A stretch of DNA of 33,854 nucleotides from a virus (IMGVR_UViG_2654588006_000001); one strand, 5' to 3'. Shown: positions 17,584 to 27,338, counted from the first letter of the stretch. Program-made: numbers and translations. The notes: a model not told the origin generated them from the sequence alone.

Positions 17584-18369
17584 TTATGAGTGATTTTTAT
17601 TTGATGCTTTGTATTCTAAAACCTTCTTATTGGCGTAAAAGAATTTTGTATATGACAGGAATATAACCAGACCTGAAGTGAAATAGACGAGGGATAGTAT
17701 TAATAATGCTTTTTTGTGACTGTTATTATCTTTAATCTCCTGGCTTAACCATTCGGAGTCCTCCTCGTTTAGCTGTAAGAGCTTATTGCAGGCGATCTCA
17801 GGAAGTGTGTCTTTTATAAATACGTTTTGCAGTTTCTTGCAATCGGCAAGGCTATAAGTTTTATTAAATTCAACTGCTTTATTTTTGAAGGATAAAAGAA
17901 CTTTGTCACTATAAACATAGTACATCATGTTTTTATATGGTATGCCTATGGCATCCCTTACTATAACGGATTGTTTGTTGTGTATGTAACATGCGAGGAG
18001 AATGTAAAAAATACTGGTCAGAATTACAATTATTGTTTTAATTATGTGTGGTGGTTTTGTTATGTCACCCCAGATGCGAGTAAGGAAAAAATACGATGTT
18101 TTTAGTTTTCCATCAATCAGTCCCTGCTGTATCATTCTCACATTTTCAATGCCTGATACATTGATTCCGTTAATTATTTTAAATAGTTGAATGTCGCGCC
18201 ACTCGCGGTCAAGTCTTTTTAATTTTTTGTCTGAATATCCAAAATTGAAATAATGTGCAATAAGCCTCATAAGGTTACTTTTACCAAAGCTAAAAAATGC
18301 TAATACTGCAAAGCTACAAAGGAAAAAAACGATTAGCCCCCACACATTAGTCACATTATAGCTGACCAT
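17584..18369 (-). CDS. AT-rich three-TM membrane protein, 261 aa (P2 orf30 position); candidate moron
   Basis: Strong RBS aaggag 6 nt before ATG; hydrophobic helices near residues 10-28, ~98-120 and ~225-245; opposite strand to the flanking late operons; visibly AT-rich. Confidence 0.8.
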   Translation of the reverse strand: MVSYNVTNVWGLIVFFLCSFAVLAFFSFGKSNLMRLIAHYFNFGYSDKKLKRLDREWRDIQLFKIINGINVSGIENVRMIQQGLIDGKLKTSYFFLTRIWGDITKPPHIIKTIIVILTSIFYILLACYIHNKQSVIVRDAIGIPYKNMMYYVYSDKVLLSFKNKAVEFNKTYSLADCKKLQNVFIKDTLPEIACNKLLQLNEEDSEWLSQEIKDNNSHKKALLILSLVYFTSGLVIFLSYTKFFYANKKVLEYKASNKNHS

Positions 18370-18452
18370 TACGCTCTCCTTGAATGTTGTCTGGTAGTTC
18401 TACAAATGAATCCAGATAGCATAACTTTTATATATTGTGCAATCTCACATGC

Positions 18453-19088
18453 ATGAACACTCTCGCAAATATTCAGGAACTCGCGCGCGCACTGCGCAAC
18501 ATGATTCGCACCGGCATTATCGTCGAAACCGACCTTAACGCCGGTCGCTGCCGCGTGCAGACCGGCGGCATGTGCACCGACTGGCTTCAGTGGCTGACCC
18601 ATCGCGCCGGTCGTTCGCGCACATGGTGGGCACCTTCCGTGGGAGAACAGGTGCTGATTCTGTCCGTGGGCGGTGAACTCGACACGGCATTCGTTCTGCC
18701 GGGGATTTATTCCGGCGATAACCCCGCGCCGTCTGCGTCGGCGGATGCCCTGCATATCCGTTTCCCTGACGGGGCGGTGATTGAGTATGAACCCGAAACC
18801 AGTGCACTTACGGTAAGCGGAATTAAAACGGCCAGCGTGACGGCTTCTGATTCTGTTACTGCCACGGTGCCGGTGGTCATGGTGAAAGCATCAACCCGCG
18901 TCACCCTGGACACACCGGAGGTGGTCTGCACCAACAGGCTGATTACCGGCACGCTGGAAGTGCAGAAGGGCGGGACGATGCGCGGCAACATTGAACACAC
19001 CGGCGGTGAACTCTCATCAAACGGTAAGGTACTGCATACCCATAAACACCCCGGCGACAGTGGCGGCACAACAGGGGGACCTCTATGA
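18453..19088 (+). CDS. V: Baseplate spike gpV, 211 aa
   Basis: Synteny; start at MNTLANIQ gives 211 aa. Confidence 0.88.
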   Translation: MNTLANIQELARALRNMIRTGIIVETDLNAGRCRVQTGGMCTDWLQWLTHRAGRSRTWWAPSVGEQVLILSVGGELDTAFVLPGIYSGDNPAPSASADALHIRFPDGAVIEYEPETSALTVSGIKTASVTASDSVTATVPVVMVKASTRVTLDTPEVVCTNRLITGTLEVQKGGTMRGNIEHTGGELSSNGKVLHTHKHPGDSGGTTGGPL

Positions 19089-19432
19089 CAGCGCGTTATC
19101 TCGGAATGAATCGCAGTGATGGCCTGACTGTCACTGACCTTGAGCATATCAGCCAGAGTATCGGCGATATCCTGCGCACACCGGTCGGCTCACGGGTGAT
19201 GCGTCGTGATTACGGCTCGTTGCTGGCGTCAATGATTGACCAGCCGCAGACCCCGGCGCTTGAGTTGCAGATTAAGGTCGCCTGTTACATGGCAGTGCTG
19301 AAATGGGAACCCCGCGTCACCCTGTCATCCGTCACCACGGCGCGCAGTTTTGACGGGCGAATGACGGTCACGTTAACCGGCCTGCACAACGACACCGGCC
19401 AGCCACTTTCGTTAACCATCCCTGTGAGTTGA
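19085..19432 (+). CDS. W: Baseplate protein gpW, 115 aa
   Basis: Synteny and length. Confidence 0.88.
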   Translation: MTARYLGMNRSDGLTVTDLEHISQSIGDILRTPVGSRVMRRDYGSLLASMIDQPQTPALELQIKVACYMAVLKWEPRVTLSSVTTARSFDGRMTVTLTGLHNDTGQPLSLTIPVS

Positions 19433-19436
19433 AACC

Positions 19437-20345
19437 ATGCCGATTATCGACCTGAACCAGCTACCCGCACCGGATGTGGTCGAGGAGCTGGACTTTGAAA
19501 CCATTCTTGCTGAACGCAAGGCGACACTGATTTCCCTTTACCCGGAAGACCAGCAGGAGGCGGTCGCCCGTGCCCTGATGCTGGAATCCGAGCCTCTCGT
19601 CAAACTGCTGGAGGAAAATGCTTATCGTGAGCTTATCTGGCGTCAGCGTGTGAATGAGGCCGCACGGGCGGTAATGCTGGCCTGTGCCGCCGGTAATGAC
19701 CTTGATGTGATTGGTGCCAATTACAACACCACGCGCCTGACTATCACCCCGGCAGATGATTCGACCATTCCGCCGACACCGGCAGTGATGGAATCTGACA
19801 CCGATTATCGTCTGCGTATTCAGCAGGCGTTTGAAGGTTTAAGCGTCGCCGGGTCGGTGGGGGCTTATCAGTATCATGGTCGCAGTGCCGACGGGCGTGT
19901 CGCGGATATTTCTGTCACCAGTCCGTCTCCTGCCTGTGTCACCATCTCTGTGCTGTCACGTGAAAATAACGGCGTCGCATCCGAAGACCTGCTGGCTGTG
20001 GTGCGTAACGCCCTTAATGGCGAGGACGTCAGGCCGGTGGCCGACCGCGTGACCGTGCAGTCTGCCGCCATCGTTGAATACCAGATAAACGCCACGCTTT
20101 ACCTTTACCCTGGTCCCGAAAGCGAACCCATCCGCGCTGCCGCTGTGAAAAAGCTGGAAGCGTATATCACGGCACAGCACCGGCTGGGGCGCGACATCCG
20201 TCTGTCTGCCATTTATGCCGCTTTGCATGTGGAAGGCGTGCAGCGTGTCGAACTGGCTGCACCACTGGCTGACATCGTGCTCAACAGTACGCAGGCGTCT
20301 TTCTGTACCGAATACCGCGTCGTGACCGGAGGCTCGGATGAGTGA
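19437..20345 (+). CDS. J: Baseplate protein gpJ, 302 aa
   Basis: Synteny and length. Confidence 0.88.
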   Translation: MPIIDLNQLPAPDVVEELDFETILAERKATLISLYPEDQQEAVARALMLESEPLVKLLEENAYRELIWRQRVNEAARAVMLACAAGNDLDVIGANYNTTRLTITPADDSTIPPTPAVMESDTDYRLRIQQAFEGLSVAGSVGAYQYHGRSADGRVADISVTSPSPACVTISVLSRENNGVASEDLLAVVRNALNGEDVRPVADRVTVQSAAIVEYQINATLYLYPGPESEPIRAAAVKKLEAYITAQHRLGRDIRLSAIYAALHVEGVQRVELAAPLADIVLNSTQASFCTEYRVVTGGSDE

Positions 20346-20868
20346 TTCGCGCCTGCTGCCGACCGGCTCATCACCGCTTGAAGTTGCCGCCGCAAAAGCC
20401 TGTGCGGAAATTGAAAAAACGCCGGTCAGGATTCGTGAGCTGTGGAACCCGGACACCTGCCCGGCAAATCTGCTGCCGTGGCTGGCGTGGGCGTTTTCGG
20501 TCGACAGGTGGGATGAAAAGTGGCCGGAAGCGACAAAACGCGCCGTTATCCGCGATGCCTATTTCATCCACTGTCATAAAGGCACTATCGGCGCAATCCG
20601 GCGTGTGGTGGAGCCGCTCGGCTATCTCATCAACGTGACGGAGTGGTGGGAAAACAGTGACCCGCCCGGCACCTTCCGCCTTGATATTGGTGTACTGGAA
20701 AGCGGTATCACAGAGGCAATGTATCAGGAAATGGAACGGCTGATTGCTGATGCCAAACCTGCAAGCCGTCACCTTATTGGTCTGAACATTACCCGGGACA
20801 TTCCCGGCTACCTGTTCGCCGGTGGTGTGGCTTATGACGGCGATGTAATTACGGTTTACCCCGGATAA
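20338..20868 (+). CDS. I: Baseplate protein gpI, 176 aa
   Basis: Synteny and length. Confidence 0.88.
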   Translation: MSDSRLLPTGSSPLEVAAAKACAEIEKTPVRIRELWNPDTCPANLLPWLAWAFSVDRWDEKWPEATKRAVIRDAYFIHCHKGTIGAIRRVVEPLGYLINVTEWWENSDPPGTFRLDIGVLESGITEAMYQEMERLIADAKPASRHLIGLNITRDIPGYLFAGGVAYDGDVITVYPG

Positions 20869-20878
20869 GTGAGGAATA

Positions 20879-23101
20879 ATGAGCACAAAATTCAGAACCG
20901 TTATCACCACTGCTGGTGCAGCAAAGCTGGCAGCGGCAACCGCGCCGGGAGGGCGGAAGGTCAACATTACCACGATGGCCGTCGGGGATGGCGGTGGTAA
21001 ATTGCCTGTCCCGGATGCCGGACAGACCGGGCTTATCCACGAAGTCTGGCGACATGCGCTGAACAAAATCAGCCAGGACAAACGAAACAGTAATTATATT
21101 ATCGCAGAGCTGGTTATTCCGCCGGAGGTGGGCGGTTTCTGGATGCGTGAGCTTGGCCTGTACGATGATGCTGGAACGTTAATTGCCGTGGCGAACATGG
21201 CTGAAAGTTATAAGCCAGCTCTTGCCGAAGGCTCAGGGCGTTCGCAGACCTGCCGCATGGTCATCATCGTCAGCAGTGTGGCCTCAGTGGCGCTGACCAT
21301 TGACACCACAACGGTGATGGCAACGCAGGATTACGTTGATGACAAAATTGCAGAACATGAACAGTCACGACGTCACCCGGACGCCTCGCTGACCGCCAAA
21401 GGTTTTACTCAGTTAAGCAGTGCGACCAACAGCACGTCTGAAACACTCGCCGCAACACCAAAAGCGGTAAAAGCAGCATATGACCTTGCTAACGGGAAAT
21501 ACACTGCACAGGACGCCACCACAGCGCGAAAAGGCCTTGTCCAGCTCAGTAGTGCCACCAACAGCACGTCTGAAACGCTCGCCGCAACACCAAAAGCGGT
21601 AAAAGCAGCATATGACCTTGCTAACGGGAAATACACTGCACAGGACGCCACCACCGCGCGAAAAGGCCTTGTCCAGCTCAGTAGCGCCACCAACAGCGAT
21701 TCTGAAACGCTTGCGGCAACGCCAAAGGCGGTTAAGACAGCGTATGACCTTGCTAACGGGAAATACACTGCACAGGATGCCACCACGGCGCGAAAAGGTC
21801 TTGTCCAGCTCAGTAGCGCCACCAACAGTGATTCTGAAACGCTGGCTGCAACACCAAAAGCGGTGAAGTCTGCCTATGACAATGCTGAAAAACGTCTTCA
21901 GAAAGATCAGAACGGTGCGGATATTCCTGATAAAGGACGCTTCCTGAGTAACATTAATGTTTACAGCAAAGGTGAAGTGGATAAGAAAAAGGGAATGCGA
22001 AAGTATTCGTTTGCAGCCCCTGCAAATGTCGTTGCCGGGAAGTGGTATCCCGTTATCTTTCGCCGTGCTGCCAGCCTTTCAGGAGAAATGGCATCCCGCG
22101 TCGTTATTTCAACTGGTTGTTATAACGGCGATTATGTAATGAATAACTGCGAGTTTAATGGCATGGTTATGCCCGGAGGCTGGACCGATCGTGGTTCATA
22201 TGCGGCAGGTTATTTCTGGACGTATCAGACTAATGAGCGTTCAATCCATTCCATTGTTACAAGCCTGAAAGATGATGATGTATGTAGTGTTTTTTATGTT
22301 GAAGCCAGAGCTTTCCCAGTACAAATTCTTGCAGAGGAAGGGCTAACGGTTATTGTTCCGACAGAGGATTATGTCGTCGGTCAGACGACATATAAGTGGG
22401 GGGCAACTAATCCCGCTACAGAAAGCACGAACGTACAGGCTATTCTGGATTTTAAAAATGGACGTGGTTATTACTGTTCACATCCATTTATTTCCAGCCT
22501 TTCAGGAAATGCTGCAACAGCCTCAAAACTCGAAACACCGAGGAAAATAGCAGGTGTTGCCTTTGATGGTTCTGGAGATATTACCCTTAATGCCAGAAAT
22601 GTCGGTGCATTTGCACTTCGGCAGACAGGTAATACGGTTAATGGTGATACAGCCGTTGGATGGAATTGGGACAGTGGCGCATACAACGCTCTGATTGGGG
22701 GAGCATCTGCATTAATTCTTCACTTTAATATAAATGCTGGTAGCTGCCCGGCTGTACAGTTTCGTGTGAATTATAAAAATGGCGGTATATCTTACAGGTC
22801 AGCCCGTGATGGTTATGGTTTTGAATCTGGCTGGTCTGATTTCTATACCACAACACGAAAACCATCAGCGGGAGATGTTGGTGCATACACCAAAGCTGAA
22901 TCAGATTCTCGCTATGTCCGGGATATTCGCCTGGGCACTCGTGTTGTTCAGACCATGCAGAAAGGGGTTATGTATGAGAAAGCAGGGCACGTAATTACAG
23001 GGCTTGGTATTGTCGGTGAAGTCGATGGTGATGACCCCGCAGTATTCAGACCGATACAAAAATACATCAATGGCACATGGTATAACGTCGCACAGGTGTA
23101 A
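20879..23101 (+). CDS. H: Tail fibre protein gpH, 740 aa, with tandem fibre repeats and divergent C-terminus
   Basis: Conserved N-terminus, then about 3.6 tandem copies of a 44-aa motif (…LSSATNS-SETLAATPKAVK-AYDLANGKYTAQDATTARKG…); longer than the P2 H I recall. Confidence 0.9.
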   Translation: MSTKFRTVITTAGAAKLAAATAPGGRKVNITTMAVGDGGGKLPVPDAGQTGLIHEVWRHALNKISQDKRNSNYIIAELVIPPEVGGFWMRELGLYDDAGTLIAVANMAESYKPALAEGSGRSQTCRMVIIVSSVASVALTIDTTTVMATQDYVDDKIAEHEQSRRHPDASLTAKGFTQLSSATNSTSETLAATPKAVKAAYDLANGKYTAQDATTARKGLVQLSSATNSTSETLAATPKAVKAAYDLANGKYTAQDATTARKGLVQLSSATNSDSETLAATPKAVKTAYDLANGKYTAQDATTARKGLVQLSSATNSDSETLAATPKAVKSAYDNAEKRLQKDQNGADIPDKGRFLSNINVYSKGEVDKKKGMRKYSFAAPANVVAGKWYPVIFRRAASLSGEMASRVVISTGCYNGDYVMNNCEFNGMVMPGGWTDRGSYAAGYFWTYQTNERSIHSIVTSLKDDDVCSVFYVEARAFPVQILAEEGLTVIVPTEDYVVGQTTYKWGATNPATESTNVQAILDFKNGRGYYCSHPFISSLSGNAATASKLETPRKIAGVAFDGSGDITLNARNVGAFALRQTGNTVNGDTAVGWNWDSGAYNALIGGASALILHFNINAGSCPAVQFRVNYKNGGISYRSARDGYGFESGWSDFYTTTRKPSAGDVGAYTKAESDSRYVRDIRLGTRVVQTMQKGVMYEKAGHVITGLGIVGEVDGDDPAVFRPIQKYINGTWYNVAQV
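21401..21880. repeat. Tandem 132-bp repeats (about 3.6 copies) inside H
   Basis: Near-identical 132-nt units read directly from sequence; also the source of artefactual antisense ORFs. Confidence 0.9.
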
Positions 23102-23104
23102 TTT

Positions 23105-23632
23105 ATGCAGCATTTAAAAAATATTACTGCGGGTAATCCCAAAACTGTTGCTCAATATCAACTGACAAAAAATTTTGATGTTATCTGGTTATGGTCCGAA
23201 GACGGAAAAAACTGGTATGAGGAAGTAAGTAATTTTCAGGAAGACACGATAAAGATTGTTTACGACGAGAATAATATAATTGTCGGCATCACCCGAGATG
23301 CTTCAACGCTTAACCCTGAAGGTTTTAGCGTTGTTGAGGTTCCTGATATTACTGCCAACCGACGTGCTGATGACTCAGGTAAATGGATGTTTAAGGATGG
23401 TGCCGTGATTAAGCGGATTTATACGGCAGACGAACAGCAGCAACTGGCAGAATCACAAAAGGCAACTTTGCTTTCCGAAGCCGAATCCGTGATTTTGCCG
23501 CTGGAACGCGCTGTCAGGCTGAATATGGCGACGGATGAGGAACGCAGCCGACTGGAAGCATGGGAACGCTACAGCGTTCTGGTCAGTCGTGTGGATCCTG
23601 CAAATCCCGAATGGCCGGAAATACCGCAATAA
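23105..23632 (+). CDS. G: Tail fibre assembly chaperone gpG, 175 aa
   Basis: Immediately downstream of H; length as recalled for P2 G. Confidence 0.85.
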   Translation: MQHLKNITAGNPKTVAQYQLTKNFDVIWLWSEDGKNWYEEVSNFQEDTIKIVYDENNIIVGITRDASTLNPEGFSVVEVPDITANRRADDSGKWMFKDGAVIKRIYTADEQQQLAESQKATLLSEAESVILPLERAVRLNMATDEERSRLEAWERYSVLVSRVDPANPEWPEIPQ

Positions 23633-23971
23633 GTTGTATGATCTCTGGTGTGAGCTTACATATCTATAGCACAGAGTAAAGCCTAATCTGACAGTCCGCT
23701 ATGTGCCAAAAGCGGACATAACGACACGTTAGTTAGAAATCTCAAGACCAATTAGGTTGGATACTTACATGTATACTATTGCCTAACGATACTACCCTAT
23801 CAACCTCATGGTTTATAGGCGGGGGTGAGAGCCAATCGAACGCTATCGTACGTTTTTATGCTGTCTACCCTAGACCCCAAGTAGACATGAATCTTACCTG
23901 ATTTCCATACGAGGGCGACGTTGATCATCCAGCTTTAGTGCGAGCACTGAACTTAACATTTACCAGCAATA

Positions 23972-25018
23972 GTGATATTTTCTACAAAGAAAAATATATG
24001 GAATAACGTCATCGCGGGTACAAAAATGACTATAAAAAAAACATATGTAACACCAACAGAAATAGTGAAATATTTTTATGACAAACCGGAAAACGATAAC
24101 GTAAAAGAGAGAAAAACAATTGAGAGCCTGACCCGTCTCAAACCTGAGTGGGAAAATACTCTCGATATGATGAAGTTAATACGCAATTGTGAAAAGCTAG
24201 CAACTGAAGGTATTTTAATGGAATTATCTTCAGGACATACTCTTTTGGACCGTTGCTATTTCGCACCGAATTTCAATGAATCAGATGCGAAATATGGAAA
24301 GTATGATTTTATAGCTGATGGATTTGAGTCAATCATAGACCGCCTTAGTCCTTCCGTTTTACCTGTTGTTGTTGAAAAAAGTGATGGTTCACATGATCTT
24401 GGTACTAGTTTTATTGTTGGGAATAACCACACGATATTTACAGCCAGACATGTTATTGAAGACATGAAGAGTATCAGGATACTTAGAGCTGGTGGTGAGG
24501 CTTTACCAATACATAAAATCTTTGTATCTAACGATGAACGTATTGATATCGCTTTAGTTTTCACAACCATTCCGAATGAAGATAATATTCAACCACTTAA
24601 GGTCTCAACCAAAGCCTCGGTACTGGATGAAATTTTATCAATAGGATTTCCACCCATTCCAGGATTTGATGCATTAAAGTTATATGACGTTTCGCATATA
24701 AATTCGTTTGTCCGACTGTCAAAGGGGCGAATTGTTGGTTCTGGTCACTCTTACTTAGATTCACAAGACTTTTTATTATTCAATGCTAGGGTTAAGGGGG
24801 GGAATAGCGGTGGCCCTATAATTAACAAATACGGCTTTGTTATTGGTATGCTTGTACAAATACCAATATCATCTGAGGACAGTTCAAAGATTGATAACCT
24901 TGGATATGGTATAGCTGTAACAGGAAAAAGCCTGCTGGATGCTATTACATTTACAGAAAATGGCCGCGAATTAACACTCACCGACCGAGGAAATGGAGAA
25001 TATTCAACTCTAGCATAA
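23972..25018 (+). CDS. Cytoplasmic trypsin/HtrA-like serine peptidase with ~135-aa unknown N-terminal domain, 348 aa; candidate defence cargo
   Basis: Catalytic-triad motifs in order: GTSFIVGNNHTIFTARHV (His), DIALVF (Asp), GGNSGGPII (Ser); no signal peptide or TM; visibly AT-rich; in the G/FI slot. Start may be GTG 23972 or ATG 24026. Confidence 0.8.
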   Translation: MIFSTKKNIWNNVIAGTKMTIKKTYVTPTEIVKYFYDKPENDNVKERKTIESLTRLKPEWENTLDMMKLIRNCEKLATEGILMELSSGHTLLDRCYFAPNFNESDAKYGKYDFIADGFESIIDRLSPSVLPVVVEKSDGSHDLGTSFIVGNNHTIFTARHVIEDMKSIRILRAGGEALPIHKIFVSNDERIDIALVFTTIPNEDNIQPLKVSTKASVLDEILSIGFPPIPGFDALKLYDVSHINSFVRLSKGRIVGSGHSYLDSQDFLLFNARVKGGNSGGPIINKYGFVIGMLVQIPISSEDSSKIDNLGYGIAVTGKSLLDAITFTENGRELTLTDRGNGEYSTLA

Positions 25019-25496
25019 ATGATATTATTAATTAAGTTGTACTAACTCAGTTTAAATGAATCAAGCATCCCCGTAACTTTGCCTGAAAAGGCTCATCGAG
25101 GGATGCACATTGTACGGATGTGTGAAAACTAAATCGGCTTTGTCACTTGGATTCGAGGGGAAAACTGAACTGAAAGCGATAAAAACGTCTAAAAAATCGT
25201 TTCGCAGACAGATGCACCCGATTCAAGCCATTTTGAGGATGGCTTTCTGCCTTTTATATTTATATTAATCATAAGGTTATTCCATTGGTGTACGATATCG
25301 TGCTTTGCCCCTCATCTCCCAGATAACTAATTAGCCTTAAAATTACTCATGTGTTTCTGCCGGTTAAAATTATATGGTTTTCATTTACAATAGTCTCAAG
25401 TCCGCTCTTCGCTCAAAGCAGACTGTCAGATTTGATAGCGTTTTGGCTATGTAAATTGTCAGTCGGGAAATAAGTGAGTACAAATCATGACAGGCG

Positions 25497-25520
25497 GGCG
25501 GATTGTCCGCCTTTTCTTTA
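25497..25520 (+). terminator. Rho-independent terminator upstream of FI
   Basis: GC-rich 6-bp stem ggcgga / tccgcc, loop ttg, followed by ttttcttta. Confidence 0.55.
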
Positions 25521-25616
25521 TCTGTTGTTTCATCCACTGACCAGCCAGGTCAAATAGCGTCTCATGCTCTGCACAACAGAAAATACCACTCACCCATTAA
25601 CCACGGAGTTAGACGG

Positions 25617-26807
25617 ATGAGTGACTATCATCACGGCGTGCAGGTGCTGGAGATTAACGACGGCACCCGCGTCATTTCCACCGTATCCACGGCCATTGTC
25701 GGCATGGTCTGCACGGCCAGCGATGCGGATGCGGAAACCTTCCCCCTCAATAAACCGGTGCTGATTACCAACGTGCAGAGCGCAATTGCAAAGGCCGGTA
25801 AAAAAGGCACGCTGGCGGCGTCGTTGCAGGCCATCGCTGACCAGTCAAAACCGGTCACCGTTGTCGTGCGCGTGGAAGACGGCAACGGCGATGACGAAGA
25901 AACGAAACTTGCGCAGACCGTTTCCAATATCATCGGCACCACCGACGAAAACGGTCAGTACACCGGACTGAAAGCCCTGCTGGCGGCGGAGTCGGTAACC
26001 GGTGTTAAACCGCGTATTCTCGGTGTGCCGGGACTGGACACCAAAGAGGTTGCCGTCGCACTGGCATCAGTCTGTCAGAAGCTGCGCGCTTTCGGGTATA
26101 TCAGCGCATGGGGCTGTAAGACCATTTCCGAGGTGAAAGCCTACCGCCAGAATTTCAGCCAGCGTGAGCTGATGGTCATCTGGCCGGATTTCCTCGCATG
26201 GGATACGGTCGCCAGTACCACCGCTACCGCGTATGCCACCGCCCGTGCGCTGGGTCTGCGCGCTAAAATCGACCAGGAGCAGGGCTGGCATAAAACGCTG
26301 TCCAACGTCGGGGTGAACGGTGTTACCGGCATCAGCGCGTCCGTATTCTGGGATTTGCAGGAGTCCGGCACCGATGCTGACCTGCTTAACGAGTCAGGCG
26401 TCACAACGCTGATTCGCCGTGACGGTTTCCGCTTCTGGGGTAACCGTACCTGCTCTGATGACCCGCTGTTCCTCTTTGAAAACTACACCCGCACCGCGCA
26501 GGTGCTGGCCGACACGATGGCTGAGGCGCACATGTGGGCGGTGGACAAGCCCATCACCGCAACGCTGATTCGCGACATCGTTGACGGCATCAATGCCAAA
26601 TTCCGTGAGCTGAAAACAAACGGCTATATCGTGGATGCGACCTGCTGGTTCAGCGAAGAATCCAACGATGCGGAAACCCTCAAGGCCGGAAAACTGTATA
26701 TCGACTACGACTATACACCGGTGCCTCCTCTTGAAAACCTGACCCTGCGCCAGCGTATTACCGATAAATACCTGGCAAATCTGGTCACCTCGGTTAACAG
26801 CAATTAA
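25617..26807 (+). CDS. FI: Tail sheath protein gpFI, 396 aa
   Basis: Start at MSDYHHGVQVLEI (internal ATG of the track ORF); 396 aa; synteny. Confidence 0.92.
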   Translation: MSDYHHGVQVLEINDGTRVISTVSTAIVGMVCTASDADAETFPLNKPVLITNVQSAIAKAGKKGTLAASLQAIADQSKPVTVVVRVEDGNGDDEETKLAQTVSNIIGTTDENGQYTGLKALLAAESVTGVKPRILGVPGLDTKEVAVALASVCQKLRAFGYISAWGCKTISEVKAYRQNFSQRELMVIWPDFLAWDTVASTTATAYATARALGLRAKIDQEQGWHKTLSNVGVNGVTGISASVFWDLQESGTDADLLNESGVTTLIRRDGFRFWGNRTCSDDPLFLFENYTRTAQVLADTMAEAHMWAVDKPITATLIRDIVDGINAKFRELKTNGYIVDATCWFSEESNDAETLKAGKLYIDYDYTPVPPLENLTLRQRITDKYLANLVTSVNSN

Positions 26808-26819
26808 GGAGCCTGACCG

Positions 26820-27338
26820 ATGGCAATGCCGCGCAAACTCAAGTTAATGAACGTCTTTCTGAACGGCTACAGCTATCAGGGCGTCGCGAAGTCCGTCACG
26901 CTGCCAAAACTGACCCGTAAGCTCGAAAACTATCGCGGTGCGGGGATGAACGGCAGCGCACCGGTAGACCTCGGCCTTGATGACGATGCGCTGTCAATGG
27001 AGTGGTCGCTCGGGGGCTTCCCGGATTCGGTTATCTGGGAGCTTTACGCCGCAACCGGTGTGGATGCTGTGCCGATTCGTTTTGCAGGCTCTTACCAGCG
27101 TGACGATACCGGCGAAACGGTGGCCGTCGAAGTGGTCATGCGTGGACGTCAGAAAGAAATCGACACCGGCGAGGGTAAACAGGGAGAAGACACCGAGTCG
27201 AAAATCTCCGTGGTCTGCACCTATTTCCGGCTGACGATGGACGGTAAGGAGCTGGTCGAAATCGACACCATCAACATGATTGAGAAGGTGAACGGCGTCG
27301 ACCGGCTGGAGCAACACCGCCGCAATATCGGCCTGTGA
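26820..27338 (+). CDS. FII: Tail tube protein gpFII, 172 aa
   Basis: Synteny and length. Confidence 0.9.
   Translation: MAMPRKLKLMNVFLNGYSYQGVAKSVTLPKLTRKLENYRGAGMNGSAPVDLGLDDDALSMEWSLGGFPDSVIWELYAATGVDAVPIRFAGSYQRDDTGETVAVEVVMRGRQKEIDTGEGKQGEDTESKISVVCTYFRLTMDGKELVEIDTINMIEKVNGVDRLEQHRRNIGL

Noticed and set aside
18369-18755. 128-aa minus-strand ORF with poly-Arg N-terminus overlapping the start of V
   Set aside because: Overlaps V on the opposite strand; composition typical of antisense translation of GC-rich DNA.
21409-21825. 138-aa minus-strand ORF and 84-aa plus-strand ORF (21612..21866) with internally repeated sequence
   Set aside because: Both lie entirely within the tandem 132-bp repeats of H; they are open only because the repeat lacks stops in those frames.
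21401-21880. Possible CRISPR array suggested by regular repeats
   Set aside because: Repeat unit is 132 bp with no unique spacers and is in-frame coding sequence of the tail fibre; no cas genes.
23633-23971. Retron msr/msd or ToxI-like repeat RNA upstream of the protease gene
   Set aside because: No reverse transcriptase gene in the window and no tandem direct repeats in the region; left as an unexplained non-coding stretch.
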